Of a stretch of DNA of 64,000 bases, positions 1-11,500 are shown piece by piece (within the stretch, counting starts at the first letter, position 1; each line of letters begins with the position of its first letter). A program made the position numbers and the translations under genes. Origin of the DNA: Picochlorum sp. SENEW3. Taxonomy: Eukaryota. The notes below the pieces were generated by a model, which worked only from the letters and a program-made list of their open reading frames with translations, was not told the DNA's origin and did not search any database. The stretch is taken from the NCBI GenBank assembly GCA_034226945.1, contig CP120462.1:124001-188000 (forward strand), read 5' to 3'.

Positions 1-152
1 TCTCCACCGGCAGCGTGTGGTATTCCCATTATTAATCCATCACGATATGATCTTCTTTGATAGGTTACCAAATACTTCTGTAGATGCACGAAGGATCCTC
101 GAGTCCCAAGGCATGGTTTTTCACCACTGAGACATGTCCACATGCCATGCAT
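1..152 (-). CDS. Possible 5' end of a gene running off the window edge (MHGMWTCLSGEKPCLGTRG...)
   Basis: Stop-free frame from ATG 152 to position 1, starting 84 nt beyond the sulfotransferase stop. No recognisable motif. Confidence 0.25.
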   Translation of the reverse strand, partial: MHGMWTCLSGEKPCLGTRGSFVHLQKYLVTYQRRSYRDGLIMGIPHAAGG

Positions 153-236
153 ACTTCTTCTTACTTCTTCTTGTCGTTACAACGCATTCTAGTACTATAG
201 TATAAAATGGTTCCCAAAAACATGAATTAAAGTGAA

Positions 237-1400
237 TTAAATGGCAGTTGCTGATCTGGGTTGGGTATTGTTGTTGGCATTCACCTCCTGCATCATTGCC
301 TCAAGGCGAGCTGTTGAATCTTCAAAATACGCATTCAACTGCTCTCGGAATGCAGGGTCCACTGTTCTACCCTTCCTCTCCCCGGACCACATCTTCCACG
401 GCGTAAATGTATACGAGTCTGTATCAGCTCCAATAAACTCTAATGTACTCTTGACAGTATCTTCCACTCTGTCCTTGCTCATCTCGCTCAATGAAATAAA
501 CCTGATATTCTTTGGGGGGAATCTGTCCAGGAATGGCTGCACTCTGTCTGCAAATGTACTGAAATACAGCGCGGCTTCAGCAGAGTAATACACATGATGT
601 GGCAAGTCTTCTGGTAAAGGCTCATCCATGGATAAATGCTCCAGCTTTCTAAAGTACGCTGCTGCATCGACAGACAAGGATGGGTGCTTGGCAGTCTCTG
701 TTTCCTCCGCCAGGGTCCATGGGAGATCTACCCCTGCATTACGGAGCATGATTTCTCCGCTGAACATGGCATCCACGGGATCTCGAACCATAAATATGAG
801 TTTCGCATCCGGCGTCCACTGCTTGATGCGCTCCGCTGTGTATGGTAGGCAGGCATTCAAAGGACAGGCATCCAGGCAGAGCATCCGTTCTGCCCGCTTC
901 AGCACCTTTTCCTTCCACCACAGCTCGATATATGTCGGGAAAAATGATGCATACCATCTCTTTGATCCAGTCGTGTCTCGACCCAAGATTCCCATGAAGA
1001 AATGCGATTCTTTGCTCAATGTTGCATCCCACGGCAGGCCATCCAGACCAACAACACCCTGGTGTCGCAGCAGATAGGTGGCAAGCGCTGTTGTGCCGCA
1101 CTTGGGAAACCCTAAGATGTAGACATCTGGAAGACGCTTTCGCATTGGCAAGGTCAGATATCGTCGAATGACATTCATGCAGTATGTTGCTTCAAAGCCA
1201 ATCCTCATGAAGAATCCTCGTGGCTGTTTCTCAGTGGAGAAGATGGACTTGGCAAACGGAATGCATTTGTAAAATGTGGACGCAGTCATCAAGCTAGGAA
1301 CTATGAAGAAGGGAGCTATGAATGATACAATCCTTGCTATCAATAGCCATATGCACGCAAATGGCAAAGAAAGCAGAATACCTGCGTCGGATGACGCCAT
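237..1400 (-). CDS. Sulfotransferase (PAPS-dependent, Sulfotransfer_1/3 type) with N-terminal hydrophobic anchor
   Basis: 5'-PSB motif GFPKCGTTAL, KESHFF, and 3'-PB motif LIFMVRDPVDAMFS. Hydrophobic N-terminus. Single exon, 387 aa. Confidence 0.85.
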   Translation of the reverse strand: MASSDAGILLSLPFACIWLLIARIVSFIAPFFIVPSLMTASTFYKCIPFAKSIFSTEKQPRGFFMRIGFEATYCMNVIRRYLTLPMRKRLPDVYILGFPKCGTTALATYLLRHQGVVGLDGLPWDATLSKESHFFMGILGRDTTGSKRWYASFFPTYIELWWKEKVLKRAERMLCLDACPLNACLPYTAERIKQWTPDAKLIFMVRDPVDAMFSGEIMLRNAGVDLPWTLAEETETAKHPSLSVDAAAYFRKLEHLSMDEPLPEDLPHHVYYSAEAALYFSTFADRVQPFLDRFPPKNIRFISLSEMSKDRVEDTVKSTLEFIGADTDSYTFTPWKMWSGERKGRTVDPAFREQLNAYFEDSTARLEAMMQEVNANNNTQPRSATAI

Positions 1401-1794
1401 GGCTATTCCACACTGAAGGCTCTCTGCGCTCGCTCACTCTAGACAAAAAAAGTACAATGTATATCACTCCAGATAGATATATAGACAGTGCAGTCTCTAC
1501 GCATGGGAAAAGAACATGTCTTGATGCGATGACAACGTGTGTGTCGTCTCGTCTAAGAATTCGTACGTCCGAGGAGATCACAAGACCAAGCCTACACCAT
1601 CATTAGGAGGCTTGTCCCAAAAAAAAACTGGCGGGAACAGGATGAGGATCTATGTTCCTGTCGAATGACATGGTTGATGGGAATGCAAGGAATAGGATGC
1701 CATCATCCGAATCTTCTTTGTCATATACGCCTTACACATGGTGCATTGTCATGTACAATTTCATGTATTCCTTGATCGAATAGCATTTGTAGCC

Positions 1795-2963
1795 ATGGCC
1801 TCTGTAGTCGCTCGTTTGAGACCAATGCTTGGACGCTCCGTCTTTGCGCCATCACAAGGCGCTGCTGGAGCGTCCAAATTCGCGATGATGCAGCCAATGA
1901 CTTCCTTCTCATCCATGAGATGGAAGGTTATGGCATCTGCAAAGACTGCCTACGTCAGCGAGACCAAGGTACGCTGCCATTCGTTCCATCTTCTTGTCCA
2001 GGCAAGGACTGTGCGCTCTTTTTGGATTGATTGTTACGATTACGAGTATATATGGATGCAGGGAAGTCCAGATACTTTTGAATTCCGTATTTTCAACTAC
2101 ACTGCCGACAAGGACACTGTCCTGTCTGCCTGGCATGACATTCCCTTGTATGCTGGACAAGGACTTTTGAACTTTTTGTGCGAAATTCCAAAAGAAACAT
2201 CTGCAAAGATGGAATTGGCAACAGATGAGACTCGAACACCAATCAAGCAGGACACGAAAAAAGGCAAACTTCGTCACTACCCATACAACATCAACTGGAA
2301 TTATGGCATGTTGCCTCAGACCTGGGAAGATCCAGGGCATGTGGATGCAGAGCTCAAGGCAGGGGTGCGTTGTTGTTGTTGTTCTGACAAATTCAAGTCC
2401 AATGAAAGAAACGCCATTCACACACACTTTTGTCTTATAGCAGCACATGTGCTGCGATGACGACTGTACGGCATTCTGCAATTTTGAGGACATTCACGTG
2501 TATACTTTCTATAGGGCACCAATGGCACCTGACCATATACACTATATATATGACTCACATGGTAATGCAGGGAGATAATGACCCAGTGGATGTTGTCGAG
2601 ATTGGTTCTTCACCATGCGAGATGGGAGGTATCTACACTGTCAAACCACTCGGTGTCTATGCCATGCTTGACGATGGAGAGGTGGACTGGAAAGTGATCG
2701 TCATTCGCTCCGATGATCCAAAAGCGGACGCTGTCAATGATGTTGACGATGTAGAGAGAGAGTTCCCTGGAGAACTCCAAAAGATTATGGAGTGGTTTAG
2801 AGACTACAAGATTCCAGATGGAAAGCCAGCCAATGCCTTTGGGTATGACTCTGCATGCCTGAATAAAGAATTTGCCATGAATGTTATCCGTGAGACACAC
2901 TCATTCTATTGCAAGCTCAAGTCTGGCGAGAGGGATAACACTGAGGAATTATCCTTGATTTAG
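1795..2963 (+). CDS. PPA: Soluble inorganic pyrophosphatase, plastid-targeted (3 exons)
   Basis: Exons 1795-1968, 2062-2364, 2571-2963 with GT-AG introns. Motifs SAWHDIPL, WNYGMLPQTWEDP, GDNDPVDVVEIG, DDGEVDWKVI, WFRDYKIPDGKP. Transit-peptide-like N-terminus. Confidence 0.95.
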
Positions 2964-3129
2964 TACAGGTGTAAGAAATTTGATTTGCATTTCCATCGCG
3001 CGCAACCATACAAGAATGAAACTCTGCATGCCATCGTCAACAGAATTTAATAAATATAGAGTTATAGTACATCCATACGTGTATCAGAGGGAGGAAATCT
3101 CGGATAGTCGTCGTTGTGGAAACATTTCA

Positions 3130-4700
3130 ATGATGGCGACAAACACGGGAACCCCGGCAGAGACCAGTGCCTGGGCTCGATTATCGTACGTAATTTACCC
3201 TGATCATAATCTGTCTGATACATGGGAACTGAGGATGCGATGATTGCAGACGGCAAGGTGGTGGACTAGACCTGCACAGTGTGTCCTTACAGGAGGCTCA
3301 GCAACTTCAACGACGTGTGCATGAATTGGAACGCAAGGTATGTGTGTATGTCAAGAGAGATAGACATCATATATATATATATATACGCAAGCTGAAAGTA
3401 AAAGAAGAAGAAGAAGAAGAGAGTCCACGTTGACAGAAAAAAATAACAGTGCATATATATATATATCCATGTGTGTGTGTTGCAGTTGGAAGAGAGTGAA
3501 AACATGTATGCTGATATTCACAAGGCATGGACAGAGGCATCAGCGTTCTATGAAAAAGTAGAGAAAGAAGTACAATCAGCGCATGAGCGATATCTACAGG
3601 AGAAGGATGCGTATGACAGCAATGTGGCAGAATTCAACGCAAGGATTCAAACGTTGCAAGATGCTTTGAGGGATGCCGAGAGTAGCGTGGCATCGGCGGC
3701 CAATGAAAAAGATGCAATGACCCAAAGAATATCTAATTATGAGAAAGAGTTGAAAACGCATCGGAAGGCTTCTGAAGAGTCGAGGGAAAAGGTTCAGCAG
3801 TTGGAGCAAAAAGTGGTGGCGTTGGAGAAGGAATTGGAAGATGCTCGGAACGAAAAGAGATCGTGCATGGCACAAGCTTTGCAGAAAGAACACGATGCGT
3901 CTCGATCTTTGGCCAAGGCTGAATCCTCCATGGTGATTGTTACGCGCAAGGAGGCACAGTTGGTACGACGAGAGACAGAACTGATACAGCAGCACCAACA
4001 GCATCAGGAGGAATATGAAGCATTACATAATGCGCTGGAAGAGAGGGAGCGTGCGTTGGAAGAAAAGGAAGCATCCCTTGCTATACTTGAAAAGACGTTG
4101 GCTGGGAATACGGCAAAGAGGGTAGAAAAAGATGCCAGTACAAAGGCATCTCCAGCCAAGAAAAAAAAGAGCACAGCACAGAATGATACGAAAACAGCAA
4201 GCACTGCCGGTACACCACGCCGTAAGACGGCAGACACTGTGGAACAGAAGGTGTCAGCAAGCACAAAGGGGAAGACAAAGACTCCTGCTGCTGCTGCTGC
4301 TACTACCAAAACAACAAAGAAGGCGACACGTAGTACTCCGACAAAGGCAAAGAAGAAGACAACAACGAGTACGACGACTTCCAAGACTCCGACAAAAGCC
4401 AAGGCCACACCAACAAAGACAAAGAAGACAACAACAACCAGTACTAGTAGCAGTGCAAAAGCCAAGGCAACAACCAAAAAGGCGACACAGAAGAAAAAGA
4501 CTAGTAGTAGCGCTAACACTACCAAATCAAAGGTGACAGGAGTGAAAAAGACCACCCAGACCAAGAAGAAGGCAAAACCCACCCCATCAACATCTCCTGT
4601 ACAGCAGCAGCAAAAGCAAGCTGAGACGTCATCCGATGTCACAACAACCAGGTCGGGTAGAATCTCCAAGAGAAGAGCCTTCGCCGATGAAGTATTATAA
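3130..4700 (+). CDS. Long coiled-coil protein with Lys/Thr/Ala-rich H1-like tail; NMCP/CRWN-like N-terminus (3 exons, 452 aa)
   Basis: Exons 3130-3185, 3250-3337, 3486-4700 join in frame via gtacgt..tgcag and gtatgt..tgcag introns. Heptad E/K/Q-rich rod, then a basic tail with TPTK/SPAK motifs. Confidence 0.75.
3368..3481 (+). repeat. Intronic microsatellites (AT)n, (GAA)n, (GT)n
   Basis: atatatatat, aagaagaagaagaag and gtgtgtgt runs inside intron 3338-3485. Confidence 0.8.
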
Positions 4701-4714
4701 AATTAAATGTAATA

Positions 4715-6060
4715 ATGAATCAGACAATAGCCAATCGAGAAGGTTCTTATGACGACCTGGTTCAATGCAGCATTCAAAATTGGTACTCTGCCTTTCAGAA
4801 GCACACATTTAAGACACATATTATAGAATTATCTGATACCATAGTTACATGGCTAATTGCTGATGGGATTGTTTTACGAAACATAGAGGATGCTGTACGT
4901 TTTAGCCTTGTCATCTCTCTTCTCACGCATGGCTGAATTATCATACCTATACACGCAGTTTCCTACCCGTGAGAAGGATCCATACGATACAAATGATTCA
5001 TGGAGCACGGAATCCTCCTCTTCTTCTGCAGAGACAGGCGGGGCTCCTCCAGAAGAGCTGGCAGAGGTGTATGCCAGGGTGAAGGATGCCATTGACGATT
5101 TGGGTGGCCGTGTGATTCCAAAACTTCAGTGGAGCTGTCCTAAAGATGCCTCATGGATGATGCCTAATAATACGATACAGTGCTCTACGGCGGATGACGT
5201 GTTTCTGCTTCTCAAGAGTTCTGATAGGATTGCTCATGATGTAGAGGTGTTGCAACAGATTTGTCACCAGTCATCTCCACGCAGTCCTCTGGTATCTACG
5301 ATGACACACAATCATCATCATCATCATGATGAAGAAGATGAAGAAGATGAAGAGATAGTAAAATTACCGGAAAAAGCTCACGTCTTGGCACTACGACGAT
5401 GGTATGATTTGAAACCTGGCAGGGAATTCCGTTGCTTTGTCAAGAACAACAGACTGATCGGTATGTATACTATGCTTCCGTTTCTTCTTACGAAAAAAGA
5501 CTCGTATCTCGTATACGAATAAAATCCTGACTCTTCTTTTTCTGTTGTATTCTGCAGCAATCAGCCAGAGAGATGTTTCCTGCAAGTACCAGCACATTAT
5601 TAACCATGTGGATGCCATCAAACAGCGAATCCAACACATGTATGACACTGTCATTCACACTCGATTCAGCTTGGTCAACTTTTCCTTTGACTGCTATGTC
5701 CCAGAGGCAGAACATGCGTCGGTACGCATCATTGATTTCAACCCTTTCCACGATCAGGAGGAAGAAGAACTAGTAGAGGAGGAAGACCAACAACAAGAAC
5801 AAGAGCATGCCATGGTCTCTGCTGTGACAAATCCATTGCTCTTCACCTGGGAGGACATTCACGCATTATCCAACACCCAAGATGAACGTGTCGAATTTCG
5901 ATACATTGACCAGGATGTTCCAGTACAACCAGAATCCGCCCTCTATGGCGTCCCATTTGATTTCGTCGACACCAGGCAAGGCAGCGCCCTCACCAATCTG
6001 CTCGACCAGACCAATGCATCATGGAAGGAATTCGAATCTACCTACTCTCCACAAAAATAA
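4715..6060 (+). CDS. CDC123: Cell division cycle protein 123 (eIF2 assembly factor, D123 family; 3 exons)
   Basis: Exons 4715-4894, 4959-5460, 5558-6060. Motifs CSIQNWY, IPKLQWSCPKDASW, DVFLLLKSSDRIAHD, LRRWYDL..GREFRCFV, AISQRD, IIDFNPF, NPLLFTWED. Confidence 0.92.
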
Positions 6061-6101
6061 TCTATTATTAATAATGACAAAGTAATTGTTGGGAATTGCT
6101 C

Positions 6102-6638
6102 ATGCTTCGTTCGACATGGACACGCGGGTGTTCTTTTCACATGTCGACAGCAGCAGCAGTGTCGTATTCAACCTTTACAGAACGTGGTCGCTTTTCCAAG
6201 GATGACATAGAGAAATTTATACATATAACAGGGGATACCAATCCCATCCATGTGGATCACACAGCAGCCACAGATGCTGGTTTCCCTGGAACTATTGTTC
6301 CAGGCATACTGACTGCCTCATTGTTTCCATCCGTGATTAGCAAGCATTTCCCCGGAGCCATCTACATGAGTCAGACGCTGAAATTCAGAAACTATGGATT
6401 GGTATGGTGGTACAATACTGCTGTTGATTGTTGACATTCGAATCAATTCAATATTATAATATGTGTTATATAGGTGGGAGAGACATTTGAGGCAGTGGTG
6501 GATATCGAGTCGCGGAGGAGGCATCACGTGATATTTAAAACACAATGCCGGATAGCACAGTCCGACCATGATACAGATCGTATCGGACTGGTGCTTGTCG
6601 ATGGGACTGCCATGGCCAGAGTGCCATCATCACCCTGA
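6102..6638 (+). CDS. MaoC-like (hotdog-fold) hydroxyacyl-thioester dehydratase, probably organellar (2 exons)
   Basis: Exons 6102-6401, 6474-6638. Motif F..ITGDTNPIHVD...GFPGTIVPGIL, GAIYMSQTLKF, second exon VGETFEAVV...VLVDGTAMA. Confidence 0.85.
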
Positions 6639-6677
6639 TCTAGAATTTGATATAGAATTCTTTACACAATAAGAACA

Positions 6678-7337
6678 TCACTCATCGTCTTCCGTATCCA
6701 ATCCTGGAACATACAACAACTGCACATCAAACACCACGGGAGAATTGGGAGCAACCCTGGGCCTACCTGGCCCAGCAGGAAGCCCCTTTGGGAATGACAG
6801 CTCCCCTGGCACATACACTCGCCGAATCCCTCCCACTCGCATCGTCTTCAACCCCTCATCCAACCCAGCCACAACCTGTCCAGTACCCACACGAATATCA
6901 TATGGGTTTCCATTCTCCAAACTATTCGAAATCACACGCCCATCTTGATTCATCAGGATGTAATGAAGCACCACCTGGTATCCTACTGGTGGAGCTGGAC
7001 CAGTCCCCACCTTGATATCCTGAAATGCCAGCCCCGATGGAAGCGTCACCTTTTCCTTGGTAGCCAACTCGGATGCACAGGCATCATCGCACAAGAGTTT
7101 TGCGCCATCCTCCTCCCCCTCCGCCAAAGTTGCTCGAGAGCCAAGCGTCGATAATACCAATGTCGATCCGAGCATGAGCGCTGTGCGTCGCGTTGCGTGA
7201 GACAATGATGATGCATCAGATGGTTGATATGACGCAGCGATTCTGGTGCTCTGTGCTGGCCTTCCGGAAACAGATACTCTGATCCCTGCTGCACTCATGG
7301 TCTGTCCTGTTGCTCCAACCATACGGTACGATGCCAT
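6678..7337 (-). CDS. Thylakoid-lumen FKBP-type peptidyl-prolyl isomerase (FKBP16-3-like)
   Basis: Twin-arginine TRRTAL bipartite transit peptide. FKBP domain LPSGLAFQDIKVGTG...GLDEGLKTMRVGGIRRVYVP...VVFDVQL. Confidence 0.9.
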   Translation of the reverse strand: MASYRMVGATGQTMSAAGIRVSVSGRPAQSTRIAASYQPSDASSLSHATRRTALMLGSTLVLSTLGSRATLAEGEEDGAKLLCDDACASELATKEKVTLPSGLAFQDIKVGTGPAPPVGYQVVLHYILMNQDGRVISNSLENGNPYDIRVGTGQVVAGLDEGLKTMRVGGIRRVYVPGELSFPKGLPAGPGRPRVAPNSPVVFDVQLLYVPGLDTEDDE

Positions 7338-7666
7338 GCTGATTTGTCGATACTACAATATAATGGGAAAATCGATACACTAGTGCATCCATCTCTTGTG
7401 ATGGATGTACCAACGGTGGTGGGGCGTATATTTTTATTGTATTCATTTACGGTGAAATCGCTCCGTCATGGACAGGTACCGTCCTTGTCTCGGACAACCG
7501 GAGCAGTGGAATTTTTGAATATATTTGTGGTTTGGTCCCACCTGCGGAGAAGAACGCGACCAGTGTAGTGTCGTGGGGGGACTTTGACCAGGTTCCGAGA
7601 GGCACACAGACGGAACAACCATATGTTGCCCATTGTTGATTGATTTGACATTTATGATATATAAAA

Positions 7667-8482
7667 ATGTCTCCAGTGCTACCAAAAAGTGTATTGTTGT
7701 ATGAGGATGGGGATGTGGGTGTGAACGAGACAGTAACCACGGGGCACGTGCATAAGAAGAATAAAAAGCATCATACGAGTGTGGAATATCCGACATTGTG
7801 TCGACAAAGGTTGCAACAGTTGTTATTGGCTGAGATACGAGCGTTTGATAGGTATAGTATGTTGCGGGAGACGGAGACTGTGGTGACGAATTTGGTTGGG
7901 GAGAGATGCACGCTGAACCTGAGGAGGATGAGTTTGGAGCAGCGTTCGAAGCAGGATGAAGTTGAAGAAGAGATGAGGTTGAGGATACATGCGGAGCAGA
8001 AGGCGGCGTTGTTGAGGCGGTGGAGCGGGGAGGATACTGTTCCGAGTGCGTCTGTGTGTGGGTTGCCCTTGTATGTGGGGTCGAGTATGGCAGCGAAGAA
8101 TGCAGCGGCGTTGCGAGAGAAACAGGTGACCCATGTGGTGAATGCGAGTCCAATTGTACCGTGTTACTACATGGGGAAGGGTGGTTGGTGTTTGGAGTAT
8201 CTGAAGATTCCTGTATTTGATGATGGGAGTATCAATATTCGTTGCTACTTTGATCAGGTGTTTGAATTTATTGATCAGGGATGTCGAGAGGGTGGAGTTT
8301 TGGTTCATTGTTCTGCTGGACAGAGTCGGAGTGTTGCTTTTGTGGTTGGATACCTTGTGAGTCGGCATGGGTTGAGCGTGGATGATGCACTGCGTGCAGT
8401 CCAGCGCGTTCGACCATGTGCACTACCAAATGATGGATTTATGGAGCAGTTGAAAGAGTATGAGAACGAGATAAATCAATGA
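7667..8482 (+). CDS. Dual-specificity protein phosphatase
   Basis: Catalytic VLVHCSAGQSRS (HCx5R), LYVGS, THVVNA, and RPCALPNDGFMEQL. Confidence 0.92.
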   Translation: MSPVLPKSVLLYEDGDVGVNETVTTGHVHKKNKKHHTSVEYPTLCRQRLQQLLLAEIRAFDRYSMLRETETVVTNLVGERCTLNLRRMSLEQRSKQDEVEEEMRLRIHAEQKAALLRRWSGEDTVPSASVCGLPLYVGSSMAAKNAAALREKQVTHVVNASPIVPCYYMGKGGWCLEYLKIPVFDDGSINIRCYFDQVFEFIDQGCREGGVLVHCSAGQSRSVAFVVGYLVSRHGLSVDDALRAVQRVRPCALPNDGFMEQLKEYENEINQ

Positions 8483-8549
8483 TATTACATTATTATTATT
8501 ATGTTGTTGTACATTATACGGTAAAAAACCTTTTTGATATAGGTATGCA

Positions 8550-11500
8550 TCACGTGCCAGGATTGAGCTGCTGTTCCATCATTCTCCTGTATGCCTCTCT
8601 CCTCTTTTCTTCTTGTCTCGCTACTTGCTGTCGACGGAGGGCACGTAATTCAGCACATCGAGGGACTGGACAGTTTGATTGGGTGCACATTTTGGCATGG
8701 AGTTGCAAAAACTGCCACAGTTTTCTGCAATATTGGCATCCCCCTGTCAGCCTTGTTCTGCAATCATTTGCATGTCGGAAGAGGTTTTTAAACTTCAAGC
8801 ACAGTGCACTCTTGCACTCGCGATCTCTGCATTGTGATGAATGCAATAAAACTCTCAACATTTCCTTTAATGCATTTTCTCTCTTGCGCTGTTCCTCTTG
8901 CGTGAGGCGCATACATGTCTCATCAAACTTTTTCTTTTCTGGGGCAGTGAGCGGATGTTGATGCGTGACGAGAGGATTTTGGTAGCATGTGCTGCACATG
9001 TCAAAATCAGGGCACTGTGAGCAGCGGTAGCCCTGTCCTGGTTGCACTTCACCCTGGCACACATTGCATGTTGCTGAAAATGCTGGTTCGCTTGGGTTGT
9101 GCAAATGATACAGCGCCATCATCGACGAGTGCCTTGCCCTTCTCAAGGTATCGAATTGATAATGATTTCCTTGACAAAGGGATAGGAATTGCTGTCTTGT
9201 GTCGAAAAATTCGCTGTCCATCGTAGGGTCATCATCCTGATTTGATGGGATGATGGGACACTGCTCTTCGACTAAATCTGACAAGGAAATGCCATTGGGC
9301 AGACCCAGAGGCTTTTCATCCTCGAGCTGGTTACCTTCTCGTAAGTAGCATTTTTCGCACAACTGGAACCGCGTCAATGAGACCGATTTGGATGAACTTG
9401 TCCCTGGCTTGTCCAATGATATACCATCAAACACCTTCTCACTCTTTATTGTAACCTTTTGTGGCGGGTTTGGATGATAGTATCTCGCACTTCCATTGAT
9501 ATATACTCGACAGTGAGAGCAAGATTCGTAAAGATGGGCTACGATAAAATCCTCCTTCATCTTTTGCATGTCAGCGTATTCTGCGAGCTGAGCAAGAAGA
9601 ATCTGACCCGGTCCAGCACCGTCTGGCAGCCTCAGCCGTTTCTCTTTCTTTCCCTTCATAGAGCCACTAGAAATTCCAGCATCGCCTTGTGCCAAGAGCC
9701 TTTCAGCCTCACCCGGCCAATAGTCCCCTGCTAGATATGGCAGATCTGCTACAGATGGCTTTTCTAGACGGTGATCTCGTCCACCTTCAAAAAAGGTGTC
9801 TACCAAATTTGAAATGTACACAACCGTATTTTCGCTTTTAGATTTGTTGAGCATACTCAGATACCATTCTCGTAGTCTATCTGAACGAGGCACCTTCTGC
9901 TTTCCGGGATGGCAGTAGAAAATGTAATCATCTCCCTGCATTGGCGGACAAGCCCATATGTACATTGCACAGAACCCTCTCTCTTTGACATCCTGTAGGT
10001 ACCCCATCAGCAACTCATGATAGGCCAGGGTGCGCAGAGCAATGCCCAGTCCCATCGCCTGAGTGCCTTCTGGTTGGAAGTACTTGACCGAATCCAAGTA
10101 TGATAGATAGACGGTTCTGTTGTTTGGGGCAGGACAGTCATCCCCATACTCCTGAACATACATACAAAACAGACACATGTCTACACCCTCCACTCTTTGA
10201 AACAGCAGAATGACCTTTTGCTTGTACATGTATGCATCTGGCCGTCCATCCTGACAAAATTCCTTTGCAAAAAGCGGCGTTACCTCCAATTTCTTCTCAA
10301 CATTGTTGACAACCCTGACAAATAGCGGAAAGTCTTCTGTATCTTTAGGGTCTACTCCCTCCTTAATTCTCTGCTCTTTGTCCTTCTCTATCACTTTGTT
10401 GAGACGTGATTCCAAGACATCAGACAAGCGACACCTGGCCAAGTCTTTTGCAGTCAACATGGCCTGGGGGCGTGTCTCCGGTATGGACCTTGTGCCCGCC
10501 TTTAAACTCGCCAGCAAACATTCTGGACAAAAGAATCCTCTACTATCATCGTTTCTACCCTTGTTGAACATTCCACAAATCTGATGTACCCATCCTTCAC
10601 AGTAATCACACTGCACCCATGCCTCTTCTGCTACAAACGTATTCTTGTTTTTCACTAGCTGCTCCTTTTTAATCGTAAACGATTCTAACATCAGCTTCTC
10701 CTTTGAATTCCTCACGCAATTCGAGCACCAAGTAGCCCTAATGTCACAATCAGGGGGAGATGCATAATATAGTTGATTGCGGCTGATTTTGACTCCACAA
10801 CTATAGCAATACAATGCCTGAGGCTCAAAAAGCAGCTTGTTATGATTGCATAACTTGCACTGCGACTCTTCCTCAATTAAAGCAGGAAGGTCAACCAGAT
10901 TTGATGCCGAGCTTGATTTCTTGGCTGGCACCGCAGGTTTGGCTGGCACATCTGATATCCTCAACATGGATAAATGCTTCTCAATTTCTTCCACTGTGAA
11001 GAATTCTATGAGAGACGTTCCCATATTGGACTTCAAGTTCAACTTGGGCTTTGTCTCTGTATTTACGATTGGCACAGACAAGTCTCCTGTTGAATTGGCC
11101 TGCGCAATCACATGTTTGCGCTGCAACTCTGCTCTCCTAGCCTTGGCCATTTCAATCTGTTTCTTCTGCTCCGCCTCCGTAAGACCACTCCTCGCTAGCT
11201 TGTCATTTTGCACCGACTCGCGCTGTCTTGCAACATACTGCTTTACAGGAATGCAGACGGGACAGTCTCTGCTCTTGCACTGCTGATGATGCATGAGCAA
11301 CGCCCTTGATGGCTCGCACCTGGGATACTTGCAATTTTTCTCTTTGCAACGTATGAGATGCTCCCATAGCTTTTTCGTCGTAGCACACGAATTCTTGTAC
11401 TGACACTGGTCAGGAGACAGTGTGCATTTGGCACAGTGCCTTAGGAAAAGCAGCCATTTCTGTTGAGTCAATATTTGAGCTTTCCTTTCAGCTGTATTGC

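Noticed and set aside
4004..4669. 221-aa hydrophobic Val/Phe-rich minus-strand ORF that looks like a membrane protein
   Set aside because: It is the antisense shadow of the Lys/Thr-rich tail on the plus strand. The same applies to 46339-47073, 53079-53891 and 53506-54042.
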